DNA from: Thermodesulfobacteriota bacterium
Lineage (GTDB): Bacteria > Desulfobacterota_D > UBA1144 > Nemesobacterales > Nemesobacteraceae
Length of the DNA stretch: 64,000 bases
Assembly (NCBI GenBank): GCA_965207685.1
Contig: OZ242294.1
Span: forward strand, 1,494,884 to 1,558,883
Direction: 5' to 3'
Below the pieces are notes generated by a model. The model was not told where the DNA came from, did not search any database, and worked only from the letters and a program-made list of their open reading frames with translations. Each line of letters starts with the position of its first letter. Position 1 is the stretch's first letter. Positions 61,085-64,000 of the stretch are shown here, piece by piece. Made by a program: the position numbers and the translations under genes.

Positions 61085-62023
61085 GGAGCTTCCGGGTGTT
61101 CCCATGAACTGTCCTTCCCGAAGATCTTTTTTGCCCCGCTTGAATTCAGAGGCGTTCATTTTTCTCCCGCCTTCGATCTGAAGGGAAAGTATCTGCAAGA
61201 TCCCATTGCCCGTTGCGACGTCCAGGCTTTCACCCTCGAGCGATACTATTTCTCCAGGGTTTCCCTGCCCCAGGCCCGCAAGGGCCCTTAATATCTTAAG
61301 GTTTTTTCCCCCGAGTGTTGTGTGGGCGGACGGCCACGGAGTCATCGCCCTTACCAGGTTTTTTATCTCCTCTGCGTTCCGCCTCCAGTCCACCCGGCCG
61401 TCTTTTCTCGAGAGAAGAGGTGCGTAGGTGGCCGCGGCCGGATCCTGCTTTACGGGAGATATTTCATTTTTTGCGATGCGGTCGATCGTTTCCAAAAGAA
61501 GCTCCGCTCCCTCAATCGAGAGTCTTTTTGAAAGTTCCTCGGCGGTTTCCTCATCCCCTATCCATACCTCCCTCTGAGCGAGAATGTCTCCTGTGTCCAA
61601 TTCCTCGTCAATCTGCATGATCGTAACTCCCGTTTTTTTCTCTCCCCTTGCTATGGCCCAGTTAATTGGGGCTGCCCCCCTGTAGCTGGGAAGCAGCGAT
61701 GCGTGAAGGTTTACGCAACCGAGAGGGGGTGAGTCGAGCACTGTGGTGGGAAGTATCCTTCCGTAGGCCGCAACTGCTATCATATCGGGAGAAAGGGATT
61801 TCAGTGTCTCTTCGAACTCAGGTGTTTTTAAGTCGTGGGGCTGAAAAACGGGCACTCTGCGCTCAGTGGCAACTTTTTTTGTTTCCGGCCATACGGGTTT
61901 TCGACTTCTCCCCTTGGGTCTGTCCGGCCTCGAGAGAAGTGCTATTACCTCATGGGAGGAGTCGCAAAGCGCTTCGAGCGATGGTACGGCAAATTGTGGT
62001 GTTCCGGCGAAGAGGATTCTCAT
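61070..62023 (-). CDS. fmt: Methionyl-tRNA formyltransferase
   Basis: FAGTP.FA, PDRPKGR, NLHASLLP.YRGAAPI. Confidence 0.98.
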   Translation of the reverse strand: MRILFAGTPQFAVPSLEALCDSSHEVIALLSRPDRPKGRSRKPVWPETKKVATERRVPVFQPHDLKTPEFEETLKSLSPDMIAVAAYGRILPTTVLDSPPLGCVNLHASLLPSYRGAAPINWAIARGEKKTGVTIMQIDEELDTGDILAQREVWIGDEETAEELSKRLSIEGAELLLETIDRIAKNEISPVKQDPAAATYAPLLSRKDGRVDWRRNAEEIKNLVRAMTPWPSAHTTLGGKNLKILRALAGLGQGNPGEIVSLEGESLDVATGNGILQILSLQIEGGRKMNASEFKRGKKDLREGQFMGTPGSSLYPD

Positions 62024-62123
62024 TTTTTCGTGTTTTTAAAGGAAGCGATTGCTTCAGTCTCCATTTTCTTTTCTGTGTCCGCACGCGATTTTTGTTCTAA
62101 GCGGTTTTTTTCGTTGCACACCG

Positions 62124-62263
62124 TGCACATTTTTTAGGCATGCTTTGCAGGCTCTAAGTCTACTTGAAAATCCCGCACCGTTGGGGGTTTATTTTTTTCT
62201 AATTATTTCAAAGAGTTAGAACAAACACTTCCTGTCTTCTGGTTTTATGGCCCCTTAATTGCA
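62124..62263 (+). promoter_or_regulatory. sigma54 promoter with upstream NtrC-like site and possible IHF site
   Basis: TGGCCCCTTAATTGCA (62248-62263; GG-N10-GC); TGCAC-N7-AGGCA at 62124-62140; TTTCAAAGAGTTA at 62206-62218. Confidence 0.72.
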
Positions 62264-62307
62264 AAAGGTATTGAGAAGAAAATTGTCCAAACATGGAGGA
62301 GTTGGTT

Positions 62308-63657
62308 ATGAATATCGCAGATTTTTTAAGAAAACCCTTCGGATGCAGCCGCGTGCTGTTTCTTTCGGTTTTTGCTTTTGTTGTTCTGGGGGGCTATTCA
62401 GCTTTTGCGTCAGAAGGTGCAGCACATTCCGTTTTTGTGGCGAACAACGTGTGGATGCTGCTTGCGACTTTTCTTGTTTTTATAATGCATCTTGGATTTG
62501 CCACTCTTGAGACCGGACTTACCAGATCGAAGAACACGGTAAACATACTGTTTAAAAACACGTTTATCATCTCGGCGGGTATTCTCACTTACGCCCTTAT
62601 GGGCTTTAACCTTATGTACCCGGGGGATTTCATAGGTGGTGGCATCTTCGGGTTTGCCGGTTTCGGCATTTCTTCGCCGGCTGGGGCTGAGGGGCTCATA
62701 GAGTATGCAGACGGTGGCTACACCTACTACACAGATTTCATATTCCAGGCGATGTTTGCCGCGACGGCGGCCACCATTGTCTCTGGAGCGGTTGCCGAGC
62801 GTATAAAGCTCTCAAGCTTCCTTATCTTCGCCACCATATTCGTTGCGATTGTATATCCCATAGCGGGATCCTGGAAGTGGGGTGGCGGATGGCTTGATCA
62901 GATGGGTTTTTACGATTTCGCCGGTTCTACGCTCGTTCACAGTGTAGGAGGATGGGGAGGACTTGTCGGGGCATATCTTCTCGGCCCGCGTATAGGGAAA
63001 TATCTTGCCTCGGGAGCGATGAGGCCGATTCCGGGTCACTCTCTTCCGCTTCTTGCAATCGGAGTGTTTCTGCTCTGGATGGGATGGTTCGGTTTTAACG
63101 GCGGTTCGGTGCTGAGTGCGGATCCGGAACTTATTTCACTGGTCATAGTCACGACTTCGCTTGCGGCGGCTGCGGGCGTTTTGGGAGCGGCCTTCACGTC
63201 GTGGGGAATTTTTAAGTTTCCTGATCTCTCCATGGCCTTAAACGGTGTGCTTGCTGGTCTTGTGGGGATCACAGCCGGAGCCGACGTGGTTACTCCCGGA
63301 GAGGCGGTAATCATAGGACTTGTCGCCGGAATAATAGTGGTTTTCGCGGTCAGTTTCTTCGACAAGATAAGGATAGATGACCCGGTAGGTGCGATTTCAG
63401 TTCACCTGGTCTGCGGTATATGGGGAACGCTTGCCGTGGGAATTTTCGGAGGACCCGATTTCAGTTTTATGGTCCAGCTTATCGGGGTTCTGGCATACGG
63501 TGTCTTCACGGTCGTCTGCGCCTTCATCATTTTCTACGTCATAAAGATGGCTATAGGCATAAGAGTGACCGAGGAAGAGGAGAGAAGAGGACTCGATATA
63601 ACCGAGCACGGAATGGAGTCCTATCCGGACTTTCAGGCCGCATCGGGGATTTTATAG
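62308..63657 (+). CDS. amt: Ammonium transporter
   Basis: FQAMFA, SGAVAER, DFAGSTLVH, GWFGFNGGS, DDPVGAISVH. Confidence 0.97.
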   Translation: MNIADFLRKPFGCSRVLFLSVFAFVVLGGYSAFASEGAAHSVFVANNVWMLLATFLVFIMHLGFATLETGLTRSKNTVNILFKNTFIISAGILTYALMGFNLMYPGDFIGGGIFGFAGFGISSPAGAEGLIEYADGGYTYYTDFIFQAMFAATAATIVSGAVAERIKLSSFLIFATIFVAIVYPIAGSWKWGGGWLDQMGFYDFAGSTLVHSVGGWGGLVGAYLLGPRIGKYLASGAMRPIPGHSLPLLAIGVFLLWMGWFGFNGGSVLSADPELISLVIVTTSLAAAAGVLGAAFTSWGIFKFPDLSMALNGVLAGLVGITAGADVVTPGEAVIIGLVAGIIVVFAVSFFDKIRIDDPVGAISVHLVCGIWGTLAVGIFGGPDFSFMVQLIGVLAYGVFTVVCAFIIFYVIKMAIGIRVTEEEERRGLDITEHGMESYPDFQAASGIL

Positions 63658-63705
63658 CATGAGAACAGGAAAAAAGAAAATAATAACTCTACAGGAGGAG
63701 AAAAA

Positions 63706-64000
63706 ATGAGAAGTGTAGTCTCTAAACTTTCATTGATGATGATCGCGGCGGCTTTGCTGCTCGGGACCCAGTTTGTGGCCCCGAGGGCAAACGCTGTTGA
63801 TATCGGAGAGTCGATCGGGCTCGGCGTCTCGCTTGACACGACCTATCAGTACGTTTCGAACGGGGAAGTCGGAGAGGGTATTGCCGAGAGAGGGCTTTAT
63901 CCCGAACACAACGATTTCTCGATAGATGCCATCACCCTTTCGCTTGAAAAGGTTCCGACCGTTGGCGAGGGAGTAATGGATCAGGTGGGTTTCAGGGCGG
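63706..64000 (+). CDS. Putative outer-membrane beta-barrel protein (partial, runs off window)
   Basis: AGGAGG RBS, signal peptide ending ANA, amphipathic strands; open to the window end. Confidence 0.7.
   Translation, partial: MRSVVSKLSLMMIAAALLLGTQFVAPRANAVDIGESIGLGVSLDTTYQYVSNGEVGEGIAERGLYPEHNDFSIDAITLSLEKVPTVGEGVMDQVGFRA

Overview
Bacterial chromosomal window of roughly balanced GC, mostly housekeeping genes. Protein style tentatively suggests Candidatus Dadabacteria or a related deltaproteobacteria-like, possibly marine or host-associated lineage; this is inference only. Core genes: atpD/atpC, class II ribonucleotide reductase with an NrdR box, argH, thiE, leuS, family-4 UDG, mnmG, htpX, uvrA, uppP, ispH, pyrF, argG, queA, aroC, frameshifted prfB, nadK, fmt, a sigma54-driven amt, and tRNA-Arg(CCG) and tRNA-Glu(CTC). 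Accessory modules: TetR plus a lipoprotein animal-type heme peroxidase; a deoxyhypusine-synthase-like gene near a porin, a methyltransferase and a Cache protein; an ECF sigma/anti-sigma cassette; GH65 with beta-PGM and a HAL2-type PAP phosphatase; a DUF1214-sulfotransferase-SDR-SDR-SRPBCC block; and a solo intact TnpB. Most notable: (i) tRNA-Arg begins inside the udg ORF and contains its stop codon; (ii) a ~196-bp internally deleted IS481-type element follows that tRNA; (iii) a near-consensus promoter divergent from TetR points into ~350 nt of hairpin-rich, apparently non-coding sequence; (iv) the TnpB has an in-CDS omegaRNA and unusual ends. All calls come from motif recognition; no database searches were run.
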